Assembly (NCBI GenBank): GCA_963845755.1
Contig: CAWJTV010000028.1
Coordinates: forward strand, 160,001 to 224,000
DNA length: 64,000 nt
Source of the DNA: an uncultured Planctomycetota bacterium
GTDB taxonomy: Bacteria > Planctomycetota > Planctomycetia > Isosphaerales > Isosphaeraceae
Direction: 5' to 3'
The notes below the pieces were generated by a model. It was not told the origin of the DNA and ran no database searches. It worked only from the letters and a program-made list of their open reading frames with translations. How positions within the stretch are numbered: position 1 is the stretch's first letter; each line of letters begins with the position of its first letter. Position numbers and translations under genes: made by a program. This document shows positions 53,853-63,865 of the stretch, piece by piece.

Positions 53853-55097
53853 TCAGTAACGGACCAGAGCCAACCAGACAACCCCGACGATCGTCGTGAG
53901 CACGGTGAGCGGGACGCCGACCTTCAGGTATTCCAGGAAGCTCAGCTCAGTCCCGCCGCGGCGTGCGTTCTCGACGACGATCAGGTTGGCCACGGAGCCC
54001 AGCACGGTCAGGTTGCCGGCCAGCGTGCTCGACATCGCCAGGGCCAGCCAGGCTTGTTCCTGCTGCGGCATCACCTCCATGAGCGGCTGAAAGAGCAGCA
54101 CCGCCGGGACGTTCGAGACCAGGTTCGAGAGCAACACGGAGAGCCCGCTCACCAGCACGACGGGCGACTGCAAGAGCGCATTCCAATGCTCCATCCCCCA
54201 GGTGCGGACGACGTAAACCTCGAAGGCGTGTACCACGACGAACAGGCCCGTGAACATCACCAGGAGGGGCCAGTCCACCGATCGGTAGACCTTCTCGGGC
54301 CGGACGCGATCGAGCATCAACACCCCGGCGGCGGCCAGGGCCACCAGCGCGATCGGCTGTCCGGCGAAGAACAGGGCGATGGTCACCGCGGTCACCGCCA
54401 TGCTCTTTGTGAGCAAGGAGCGGTGCACCCGCGGTGTCGTCGATTCACCGTCCGACGGACCGTCCGGCACGATCCCGCCCAACGTCTTGCGGTAGATGAA
54501 TGCCACGACCGCGAAGTTGATCGCCAGGCCGATCAGGGCGACCGGGGCCAGCCGCGCGGCGAACCGTATGTAGGAGATGTGCGACATCGAGCCGATGATG
54601 ATGTTTTGAGGGTTGCCCGTGATCGTCGCGACCGAACCGATATTCGAAGCCGTCGCCAGGCCGACCAGGTACGGGATCGGCGGCCGCTTCAGGCGCTGGC
54701 AGAGGTGGAGGACCAGCGGCGTGAGCGCCACGCAGACCACGTCGTTGACCAGGAACGCCGAGAGCACGCCCGAGAGCACGATCGTGACGGCCAGCAGGGT
54801 GAAGGGTCCGGAGAATCGCGCGGCGATCCGCTCGGTCGCCAGGGCGAAAAACCCGGCCAGGCGGAGGTATGACACCACCACCATCATCCCAAAGAGAAGG
54901 ACGATCGTCTCGTAATCGACCGCCCTGGCCGCGTCGCGCATCGACAGCACGCCGCAGGCGAGCATGGCCGCCGCGCCGACCAGCGCGATCCCGGCCCGGT
55001 CGATCCGTAACCCGGGAATCCGGCCGAGGGCCAGCGCGAGATACGTCAGGCCGAAGATCGTCGAAACCAGGGACATCGAGGGCGAAGGCGTGCTCAC
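53853..55097 (-). CDS. ArsB/NhaD-family anion permease
   Basis: DRAGIALVGA, AFLVND, SNIGSVATITGNPQN, SNLVSNVPA, STLAGN..GSVAN. Confidence 0.85.
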   Translation of the reverse strand: MSTPSPSMSLVSTIFGLTYLALALGRIPGLRIDRAGIALVGAAAMLACGVLSMRDAARAVDYETIVLLFGMMVVVSYLRLAGFFALATERIAARFSGPFTLLAVTIVLSGVLSAFLVNDVVCVALTPLVLHLCQRLKRPPIPYLVGLATASNIGSVATITGNPQNIIIGSMSHISYIRFAARLAPVALIGLAINFAVVAFIYRKTLGGIVPDGPSDGESTTPRVHRSLLTKSMAVTAVTIALFFAGQPIALVALAAAGVLMLDRVRPEKVYRSVDWPLLVMFTGLFVVVHAFEVYVVRTWGMEHWNALLQSPVVLVSGLSVLLSNLVSNVPAVLLFQPLMEVMPQQEQAWLALAMSSTLAGNLTVLGSVANLIVVENARRGGTELSFLEYLKVGVPLTVLTTIVGVVWLALVRY

Positions 55098-55328
55098 GGG
55101 TGTGGATCGCTCCCGTTGAAGGTGCTCTGTACTGTACGACTGACGTTGACAACCTTGTATGTTGGACAAGATTCCGTAATGACTCAAAGAGCAAGTCGGT
55201 ACGCCGGCAAAAAATCAACGGATTCTTCTCTGTAATCTCTGTGGCTCTGTGGTGAATCTCGTCTGGTTTTTCGCGGCTCGGCCGTCGTGGTGCTCGCAGA
55301 GCACCCTACAAGTCAAATCGATGTATTC

Positions 55329-56612
55329 TCATGGGACGGTCGACAGGTCGGACACGGTGGCCATCGGGTCGACGATCCGGCCGTCGATCAGTTCTTTGTG
55401 CTTCGTCAAGGTCTCCGGGACGAGGAAGACGACGATGGCTGTCGCGATCGCCCCCAATCCGGCCAGGGCCGCGAATAGCCCCCGGTAGCCGAGCGGTCCG
55501 ACCAGGAAGCTCGACGCCGCGGGACCGATCGCCGAGCCGAAGACCAGGCACGAGCCGACGATCACCTGGGCCTCGCCCGCCCGTCGCGGGTCGGCGAGGC
55601 GGTCGGTCACCCAGGCGGCGGCCAGCACGGCGAACAGGCCGTTGCTCAGGCCATCGAGCGCCTGGTTGGCGATCGCCATCATGGGCGTCTGGACCACGGA
55701 AACCAGGCCCAGCCTCAGGGCCATGATGGTCCAGCCCACGATCAACAGCGGTTTGCGGCCACAGCGGTCGGCCAGCCACCCCGCCGGCCAGACGACGAGC
55801 ATCCAGGCTATCATACTTACGACAAACGCATAGGCCAGAATACGCTCCGGGGCCTGCAAGTCCCGCTTCAGGAACAACCCGAGATAAACGCCGCCGGGCG
55901 CGTTGGCGGCGTGGAAGAGGACCATCGCCGCGACGAAGGCCCACAGACCCGCATCCTTGGGGAACCAGCCGTCGGCCCGACGGCCGCTGCTGGCGGTCGT
56001 GCGCGCCGGATTGTCGACTTCGTCGAAGATGACTCGCTGGCCGGTTTTCTCCAATTGCCATGGCTCGTGGATCAACAGCGCCGCCGCGACGGCCAGGCCC
56101 TGGAGGATCGCCAGCGGCCACAGGATCGCGCCCACGCCGTAGGCCTCCGACATCCAGCTCCCTAGCAGGGCGATGAGGATGATGCCGATCGGCTTCCAGA
56201 AGCGGAGCGCCCCCAGCGCGGCTCCCACGCCTCCGGGCGGCGACAAGGCGACCGCTTCCGCGCCGGAGAGGCTCTCGACCACGGCGCGCGAGACGCCGTT
56301 CTCGGCGAACAGGATAACCAGGACCCCCAGCCAGACGATCTCTCGCGCACCGGGGAGAAGGACCGTCGCCAGGGCGACCAGCACGAGTGCGGCGACGAGG
56401 AACGGCTTGCGAGACCGGAGGCGGTCGGACCAGATCCCGACCGGGAACTGGGCCAGAGCCGACAAGGCCGCCAGGGTCGAAACGATCCCGATCGCGCGAT
56501 CCGAGAGTCCCTTCTGGCCGAGGTAGAGCGGCAGGTAGGGCAAGGTGAAGCCGATCGCTGCCATACCCAGGAAGTACGACCCATAGAGTCCGATGCGGTT
56601 CCGCCAGTCCAT
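55329..56612 (-). CDS. MFS transporter
   Basis: GFTLPYLPLYL, G.WSDR, LFHAANAP, GWLADR.GRK. Confidence 0.85.
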   Translation of the reverse strand: MDWRNRIGLYGSYFLGMAAIGFTLPYLPLYLGQKGLSDRAIGIVSTLAALSALAQFPVGIWSDRLRSRKPFLVAALVLVALATVLLPGAREIVWLGVLVILFAENGVSRAVVESLSGAEAVALSPPGGVGAALGALRFWKPIGIILIALLGSWMSEAYGVGAILWPLAILQGLAVAAALLIHEPWQLEKTGQRVIFDEVDNPARTTASSGRRADGWFPKDAGLWAFVAAMVLFHAANAPGGVYLGLFLKRDLQAPERILAYAFVVSMIAWMLVVWPAGWLADRCGRKPLLIVGWTIMALRLGLVSVVQTPMMAIANQALDGLSNGLFAVLAAAWVTDRLADPRRAGEAQVIVGSCLVFGSAIGPAASSFLVGPLGYRGLFAALAGLGAIATAIVVFLVPETLTKHKELIDGRIVDPMATVSDLSTVP

Positions 56613-56713
56613 GATCGAATGAGCCTCTCACGCAGGAGAATCGGAGGGGGAAGTGGGAAGCGGGGAGCGCCGTCGGTGCGGCAGCTCCCCGACCTGACAC
56701 AACACGACGAGAT

Positions 56714-57553
56714 TCACCGGGGGGGCAGGATCGGCGGAAGATCCGCGCCGGCCGGCCCGAAGCGATCGAACTCCTTGGCCTTGGCCTTGGGCTCGGGTCC
56801 TCGGGGCTCGAACTCCTTGGTCTTGGGCTCGGGCCGCTCGGGGGGTAGCGGGGCTTCGGGGCGGGGCCCGAACCGCTCGCGTGCGCGTCCGACCTGGGGG
56901 AGATGCTCGGGCACGTGAGTCATGGCCTCCGCCGCACGGGCGAGCTCGCCTCCTCGCTCGTTGCGACCGGCTTCCAGGTCACGACGGGCCGCACTGTAGA
57001 GATCCCTGGCCGCCTTGACGTAGACGTCAGAGTCAGGGGTCGTTCGCCACGTGCCCAGCCATTCGAGCCGTTCATAGGCACGATACAGGTCGCGTCGGCC
57101 TCGCTCGCGGGTGTCCTCGAGTCCGAAGTCGTCCGACGGCGGTGGCAGGTCGGGATCGGGCCGATCGTACCGCGCCGCATTGCGGGCGTGATCCACGGAG
57201 CGGGCCAGGTCGTGGGCGGCGGCCCCATACTCGCGGGCGAGGAACAGATCGCCGGCCGTCTGGGCCCTCAATCCTTCGCGGTACAGCGAGGCCGCCCGAT
57301 CGGTCCAGTCGCGGAGCCGTTCCTCGGGCCGGCCTGCCGTACCGTCGTCAGCGCGAAGCCGGCGGAGCAGGTCATAAGCCTTCCGTAGGTCACCGCCCAG
57401 TTCCCGCTCTCCTTTCTTCTTCGCCTTCTCGCCCTTCTTCCCTTTGACCTTGGCGGTAGGTAGGCCGTCCGGCGGCGGTGGCTGCGCCGGAAGTAGGCTG
57501 GTCAGCCCCAGGCTGATCAGGACTGACGAAACGATCGCCATAAGCTTGGTCAT
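56714..57553 (-). CDS. Secreted helical protein with two His-containing repeats
   Basis: Signal peptide, Pro-rich ends, AAAHDLARSVDH and ARAAEAMTHVPEH. Confidence 0.75.
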   Translation of the reverse strand: MTKLMAIVSSVLISLGLTSLLPAQPPPPDGLPTAKVKGKKGEKAKKKGERELGGDLRKAYDLLRRLRADDGTAGRPEERLRDWTDRAASLYREGLRAQTAGDLFLAREYGAAAHDLARSVDHARNAARYDRPDPDLPPPSDDFGLEDTRERGRRDLYRAYERLEWLGTWRTTPDSDVYVKAARDLYSAARRDLEAGRNERGGELARAAEAMTHVPEHLPQVGRARERFGPRPEAPLPPERPEPKTKEFEPRGPEPKAKAKEFDRFGPAGADLPPILPPR

Positions 57554-57634
57554 GATGGTTCTCCCTTCATTCGACCCGTGAAGGATGGGTTGTTCAACTC
57601 ATTTCATTGGCTCCAGCCGGCCACGCTGGGAATA

Positions 57635-57743
57635 AGCACAGCCGGTGCCAGAGCGAGAATTCGCGAGTTTTCCCGGGTTTTTCCACGATTTGCGCGGGAA
57701 CTGGGCAAGGAATCCCCGGAGGGGCAGGGGGGATTCCGCCCAC
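57635..57743 (-). promoter_or_regulatory. sigma-54 promoter with paired enhancer-like motif
   Basis: TGGCAC-CGGCT-GTGCT (57650-57635); motifs at 57701-57717 and 57727-57743. Confidence 0.65.
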
Positions 57744-57823
57744 TTTCGTGGTGGACACCTGGACTCAAGTCGCACACAGGAGGTCGGGTGCTCGGTGCGC
57801 ACCGATGCCCCGCGGCAGGCCCG

Positions 57824-58325
57824 CTAGGGAATCCCCGATTCCGGATTCCGAATTCCCAAGAGGACGGATTTCGAGATCGGGAATCGCGAATCCGGAATCG
57901 CTCGGGGGTTGCGGCGATACCGCGTCGGCTTCCTCTGGAGGATCTCTGCAGCGTGAGCGATTCCGGATTTCGAACAGAAACGATTCCCCGATCCGGAATC
58001 GGGAATCGCGAATCCGGAATCCCTAAGCACTTGGCCACGGTTTTCGTGCACCGGTCCCCGGGCGAGCGGGGAACGTCAGCCCCCTGTCCGGTCGCGAAGA
58101 CAGGGAGGCTGACGCCCCCCGCTCGCCTCCGGACACCGCCTCCGAGCTAAGAAAAATGCAAGGAAACCCGGCCAACTGCTTTGAGTCTTCCTCCGCAGAA
58201 TCTCTGCGCCGTACGCGCAGATCAGGGAGGGAAGAGTCCCACGCGGAGACGCGGAGTCCCGTCCCGATGGCAGCGATTCGGATTCGGGTTGATGACGGTT
58301 CTCTCCGCGTCTCCGCGTGAGACTC
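57824..58325. repeat. Cluster of REP-like and heptamer palindromic repeats
   Basis: GGAATC/GATTCC arrays 57824-58027; hairpin GGCGAGCGGGG...CCCCCGCTCGCC between CTAAG at 58023 and 58147; CACGCGGAGACGCGGAG/CTCCGCGTCTCCGCGTG pair ~58240-58320. Confidence 0.75.
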
Positions 58326-58469
58326 GGTCGTGGCCCACACTGGTTGCGGCATGGCGGCGTTAGGGGTTACCGCGACCGCGATGCTGCGTGAGAGCGGCTC
58401 ACCGTTGCGTCGCACCCGACACGGGGTCACGAGATTCCCCGCGCGGGCGCAGTTCCTCCGCGAGGCGCC

Positions 58470-59763
58470 TTAGTCGGGCGTGGCCGGCTGCGGGCGCACC
58501 TTCGCGAAATCGAACGGCTCGCCGAGCCGCCGAGAGAACGTCCGGCGCTGTTCGACGGGTCAGGATGGTGCCGATCCGACGCATGACCTGCTCGTGCAGG
58601 TTGCTCGACCCGCCGCGGAGCTGAGCCTTCTCCTGTTCCTTGCGGGCGGCTTCCTCGGCCGGATCCGCGGCGGGGTTGCCCTTCAGTGACTCGCGGAGTT
58701 GCCGGTGTGCCCCGAGAAGCTCGTCGAGGATCGCCTGGATGTGCGCCGACTGGTCGTCGTCCAGGCGCAGGGCCTGGGCCACGTCGGGCCGGATCAGGGC
58801 CGCGGGCCCCTCGCTCTGGAGCATGATCTGTCGAAGCCGGGCGAGCTGGCTCGCTTCGAGGACTTTCGCCGCGGGTTCCTCGCGGGCCAGTCGGTCCTTC
58901 TGCTTGGCGGTCAGTTTCAACTCTGCCTGGACCGCCGGCTGCCGCAGCAGCCAGCCGGTCAGGTCGGCCGAGTCATCGATCAGCCGCTGACCTTCGGGAC
59001 CAGTGAGTTTGCCAAGATCGAATCCCTCGCCGATCATCCGGTTGTACTTGTCGCGCTGGTACCGCGTCAGAACCTGGCCGATCTGGACCATCGCTTGCTT
59101 GCCCAGGCGGTAGGAGTGGGCCTGCGATCGCGCCTTTTCCTGATCCTTGCGTGTCTTCTCCAGCTCGAGGTCGCCGCCGGCTTTGAGAAGCTCGGAGGAC
59201 TGTTTCTGACGCTCCTTCTGCTGGTCCTGCACACCCTTCATCTCGCCGAGGATCTGGCGGATCGAATCCACCTGATCGGGGCCGAGGCCCAGCACATCGA
59301 TCAATTCGGGCGTCAAGAAGGCCGACGGACCCTGGGCGCGCAGCACGATCTGGGTCAGGCGTGCCCGCTGTCGGGAATCGAGTATCGCGTTGACCTCCCC
59401 GTCGGTCCGCCGGGCCAGCTCAGCGAGATCGGCGTCGATCGCCTCCCGCGCGATCCGTTCCTGCTGCTGGACGATCGGATCGACCGACTTCGTCTTGGGT
59501 TGAACGTTTTCCCGGCCCTTGCCCCGGGCCGATTCGACCTCCTTCTTGGCGGTCTTAAACTCGGCCGCGAATCGATCGATCTTCGCAACCTGCTGCTGGC
59601 TCAATTTCAACTCCTTCTGGACTTCCGGGGTGCTCAGCAATCTCAACCGCAGGGACTCGCCGCGACCGGCGAGCCCGATCGTATCCTGGCCTTGTCCGGA
59701 CAGGGCCAGCAGGAGAACTCCGGCCGCCGCGATCGTCGCCGCAAGCCAACGCGTCCGGTACAT
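58470..59763 (-). CDS. Secreted Spy/CpxP-like (LTxxQ-type) repeat protein, frameshift near C-terminus
   Basis: Signal peptide; repeats PEVQKELKLSQQQ, PAVQAELKLTAKQ, LTRYQR, LDSRQR. Confidence 0.7.
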
Positions 59764-59822
59764 CGATGTCTCCTCTCCGAATCGAGATCGAGCGGATCGT
59801 TCACGACGTGGCGCGGGTGGAC

Positions 59823-60001
59823 GCAAAGCGAGTGCCATGGGCAAAATGGGATGAAAACCACCAGGGAGCAGGGCGGACGCCAGAGATTTGAGAACGAGTC
59901 CCCCGGGTCGATGGGGCTTTTCTGCCCACTTTGGTCTTCGCACCGGCCTTTCCGGTCAGGAGTCAAAGCGAATGTTGACGCCCCGTTGGCATGGTTATTG
60001 C
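59823..60001. promoter_or_regulatory. Divergent sigma-54 promoters sharing one paired enhancer-like motif
   Basis: TGGCAC-TCGCT-TTGC (minus, 59837-59823); TGGCAT-GGTTA-TTGC (plus, 59987-60001); motifs 59888-59904 and 59913-59929. Confidence 0.75.
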
Positions 60002-60056
60002 GAAAGAATGATGGACCGGGGACAGAACGGCCAAACGACGATATAAGGGTAGGTTG

Positions 60057-61542
60057 ATGGCATCGACCCCTATCCAGTTCCGGGTGCCGATCAGCGTTCA
60101 GGTCGGCCTGGTCGCGGCCATGTTCGTGGCGGCGCTGGTGGTCCTCTGGGCAGCGGGCTCCGCGGCCATGCAACGCGAGCAGCGGAGGTCGGAGGCGAAG
60201 AACTTGCTCGTCGGCGCCGGCGATGTCCTGGTCGAGCAGGGGCGTGGGATCATCGCGCAGGCCGGGGATTTTCTGCTATTTCCCGACGATCGGTCGCGGG
60301 CCGACCTCGACGACAAGCTCAGGGCCAGGGCCCGGCAGGTGCTGTCTCAGTATAAGGATATCCAGGGGGGCTACTGGGTCCTCACGCGTTTCCGCAGCTT
60401 TCTCGGGACGGTCCGGCTGGAACCCGAACCGGCAAGCAAGGGCACAGAGGACGCCGAGATCGACCCGGCGTCGCCGTCCTACGGCCGGGGCGAATCGAGC
60501 CTGCCGCCCCTGGAGCGCGACCTGATCGACATCCAGGTCGACGCGGCCATCCGCAAGCAGCAGAAGCTGTTCTCGGTCGAGGAGTTGACGGACGGACCAC
60601 CGGTCACCGTGGCGATTCGCACGGCTCCGGTGATGGTCGATAAGCGGGTGGTCGGTGCCACCTGGGTGATGACCCGGCTTGTCGACCCGCTATTCCTGGA
60701 CCCCTCGATTCAAGGCTACCGGCTGGCCGCGGGCCTGGCGCTGGGGGGGATCGGCCTGGCCTTCGTGTTGACGGTGGGCCTGGCGCGGACCGTCCGGCGT
60801 CAGGCGGTCGAGCGAGACCGGCTCCAGACCGACTTGCGGCGGAGCGAGCGGCTGGCGGCCCTGGGCAAACTGCTGGCCGGCGTGGCGCATGAGGTCCGCA
60901 ACCCGTTGGCCGGCATCCGCTCGACGGCCCAGCTCTGGCAGCGCGGAGTCGTCGGGCTCGACGCGGAATCGCTCGGTGGGCTGGTCCACGAGGTCGATCG
61001 CCTGGAAGAGATCGTCTCGCGTCTCCTCCAGTTCTCGCGGGCCGACGCCGCAGGACCTGGCCCCTGGAGACCTGAACGCGCTCCTGGCCGAGGTGGCCCG
61101 ACTGGCCGCGGGGCCGGCCGAGGCGAAGGGAGTCCGGGTCGAAGTCGATCTCGAGAATCCCTTGCCGCCTGTTGCGATGGCCCAGCCGGCCCTGCTGCAA
61201 GTCTTCCGAAACCTGACGACCAACGCGATCCAGGCCATGTCGACCGGAGGAATCCTCCAACTGAGCACGCGACGGGACCCGACCCATCGCGCGATCCTGG
61301 CCAGCGTGGCCGACACCGGTCCGGGGTTAGCACCCGAGGCATTGAAGCACATCTTCGAGCCGTTCTTCACGACCAAGGCCGAGGGAACTGGGCTGGGATT
61401 GGCCATTGCCCGAGAAATCGCCCTGGCCCACCGCGGCGACCTCCAGGCCGGTAACCGATCCGAGGGAGAAGGGCCCGGTGCGGTCTTCACGCTCACGCTC
61501 CCGGCCGCCCCGTACGAGAGCCATGGAGCACCCCGCTCATGA
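60057..61542 (+). CDS. Membrane sensor histidine kinase, frameshift near 61050
   Basis: Two TM helices, AHEVRNPL, NL..NAIQA, FFTTK..GTGLGL. Confidence 0.88.
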
Positions 61543-62942
61543 ACGCACCCGCCAAGGTCCTCGTAGCCGACGACGACCGGACGATCCGCCGGAACCTCAT
61601 GCTGCTCTTGCGGTCGGAAGGCTACGAGAGCCTGGAGGCGGCCGACGGCAACGAGGCGCTGGCGCGCATCGCCGACGAGACGCCCGACGCCGTGTTGCTC
61701 GACCTCAAGATGCCCGGTCGCGACGGCCTCGAGGTACTCAATCAGCTCGGGCCGGTGCTCGCCGACCTGCCGGTGCTCGTCGTCACCGCGCTGGGTGGCT
61801 CGACCGCCGCCATCGAGGCCATGCGACTGGGAGCCTATGACTACCTGACCAAGCCGTTCGACCTCGACGAAGTTCTGATGACCCTCAAGCGCGCCCTCCG
61901 TCAGCGAGCCCTGGCCTTCGAGGTCAAGGCCCTGCGGGCGCGGACCGACGCGGAGGCCGGCGAGGCCGGCGATGAGGACTCCGAGGCCGAGTCTCAGCCC
62001 GAGTTGATCGGCCAGAGCCCGGCCATGCGCGAGGTCTTCAAGGCGATCGGCCGGGCCGCCGCGACCGACGCCGCCGTCCTGATCGTCGGCGAAAGTGGCA
62101 CGGGGAAGGAGTTGGTCACCACCGCACTGCATCGCCATTCGGATCGCGCCGCCGGACCCCTGATCCGGGTCAATTGCGGGGCACTGCCCGAGGGCTTGAT
62201 CGAGAGCGAGCTATTCGGCCACGAGCGCGGCGCCTTCACCGGCGCCGATCGCCAGAAGCCCGGCCGGTTCGAGCGCGCAGCCGGCGGCACCATCTTCCTC
62301 GACGAGGTGGGCGAGCTGCCCCAATCGGCCCAGGCCAAGATCCTCCGGGTGCTCCAGCAGCGGGAGTTCGAGCGAATCGGAGGGACCGAAACCCTCCACA
62401 CCGACGCACGCGTCATCTCAGCCACCCACCGCGACCTGGCCAGGGAGGTGGCCGCCGGCCGGTTCCGCGAGGACCTGTACTACCGCTTGAATGTCGCCCG
62501 GATCGTGATTCCACCCCTCCGCGACCGTCCCGAGGACATCCCGCTACTGGCCGAGCATATCCTCCGGCGCGTGGAGCGCCGACACGGTTGGGGTGCGCTT
62601 TCGCTATCCCCAGAGGCCCTGCTGACCATTCAGGCACGACCCTGGCCGGGCAACGTCCGACAACTGGAGAACGCGCTGGCCCGCGCCGTGCTCGTGGCAC
62701 GCGGTCGAACCATCTTGCCCGAACATCTCGACGTCGACGACACGGCCGATCCGGCATTCCCGGCAACTGAAGACCCGACGGAGCCCATCCCGCTCCGCGC
62801 CCTATTGGCCGAAGTCGAGCGCCGGGCGATCCATCGCGCCTTGCTCGCCTGCGGCGGCAATCGCACCCGGACCGCCGAACGGCTGGGCATCAGCCGTCGC
62901 CAGCTCTTCGATAAGATTCGTGAGTATGATCTTCATGTTTGA
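61539..62942 (+). CDS. sigma-54-dependent response regulator (NtrC/ZraR type)
   Basis: Receiver, GESGTGKE, ESELFGHERGAFTGA, FREDLYYRL, WPGNVR, Fis HTH. Confidence 0.93.
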   Translation: MNAPAKVLVADDDRTIRRNLMLLLRSEGYESLEAADGNEALARIADETPDAVLLDLKMPGRDGLEVLNQLGPVLADLPVLVVTALGGSTAAIEAMRLGAYDYLTKPFDLDEVLMTLKRALRQRALAFEVKALRARTDAEAGEAGDEDSEAESQPELIGQSPAMREVFKAIGRAAATDAAVLIVGESGTGKELVTTALHRHSDRAAGPLIRVNCGALPEGLIESELFGHERGAFTGADRQKPGRFERAAGGTIFLDEVGELPQSAQAKILRVLQQREFERIGGTETLHTDARVISATHRDLAREVAAGRFREDLYYRLNVARIVIPPLRDRPEDIPLLAEHILRRVERRHGWGALSLSPEALLTIQARPWPGNVRQLENALARAVLVARGRTILPEHLDVDDTADPAFPATEDPTEPIPLRALLAEVERRAIHRALLACGGNRTRTAERLGISRRQLFDKIREYDLHV

Positions 62943-63029
62943 CGGCGTATCGAAGGCTGTCCCACATCTGGCTGATGGCCGCAAGTTCCAGTTGCGAGGC
63001 AGGATCCCGCCGAAGAGAGAGTGCCGGAA

Positions 63030-63120
63030 TCGGGGGGATACAGGGGGGTGAATTCCGGGCGATACCTCAGGAGTCCAGCGATCCGGAACCCCCCTGTATC
63101 CCCCCTTCGTAAGGGGGGAA
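63030..63120. repeat. REP-like palindrome
   Basis: GGGGGGATACAGGGGGG ... CCCCCCTGTATCCCCCCTTCGTAAGGGGGG. Confidence 0.7.
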
Positions 63121-63156
63121 CGTCTTGGAAGCCGTTTCCTCGGCATAGGTTACGGC

Positions 63157-63354
63157 TTATTCAACGGTATTGGGGTTAATGCCGAGTTCCATCATCCAGT
63201 TCTCGACATGGTAATTCATCGGCTCGGCATATCGCTCGGCGAAGTCTCGGGCGTGTGCCGCCGGGTCGTCCCATACGGGCCGCGCCGAGGGCGGTGTGCC
63301 GATCATCGCGGGCTTGCGGAAGAGGTCACGGATGCGTTGGAACGGATTACGCAT
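63157..63354 (-). pseudogene. Short or truncated hypothetical gene
   Basis: 65-aa protein-like ORF ending just before the REP. Confidence 0.35.
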
Positions 63355-63517
63355 TCCGAGACTATTTCACGCATTTCGCGGTGGAGCAAGCTGCCTGTGC
63401 TCTGCCTTGAAGGCACCAGCGCCTGGTGTAGAGCCTCATCCGGCATTTCCACCGACCGTTTGACGTTGTCGGGGGAGCCTTTCCCAGTGGGAAACGGGAG
63501 AGGCCGCTCTCGTCGGC

Positions 63518-63865
63518 TTACAGCTCTCCCTTGATGCCCAGCTCGTGGAAGTAGTGCTGGACCTGGTCCTGATTCTCCAGCAGCCAGTCGATTGTCGGCT
63601 CGTGACGCATCGCCTTGCGGATGGCCTTGGTCGTCGCCTCCCCGGTGGACGTTGAAGAGCTCCTTATGGTCCAGGCTGTCCTCGTGGGTCACGGCCGGAT
63701 CCAGGCAGACCAGTAGATGATCGCCAGGTCGTTGACCTTCTCCTCGGGGATGTCGCCGGCGCGAACGGCATCCAGGACGCCGTGGGCGATCGCCGCCTGG
63801 ACGGTCCCCATCAAGATATTCATGTACTTGCTGCTCTTGACCGTCACCGTGCTCACCATCACATG
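63518..63865 (-). pseudogene. fae: Formaldehyde-activating enzyme (Fae) family paralogue, 3' half only
   Basis: NILMGTVQAAIAHGVLDAVRAGDIP, then in other frames LDHKELFNVHR and KAIRKAMRHEPTIDWLLENQ; no N-terminal half. Confidence 0.7.

Noticed and set aside
55226..55257. CTCTGT repeats as an operator between MFS and ArsB genes
   Set aside because: Looks like a half-copy of a dispersed short repeat; no partner site found
57824..58030. Repeat array as a CRISPR
   Set aside because: Short degenerate heptamers in inverted arrangement, no constant repeat-spacer period, no cas genes
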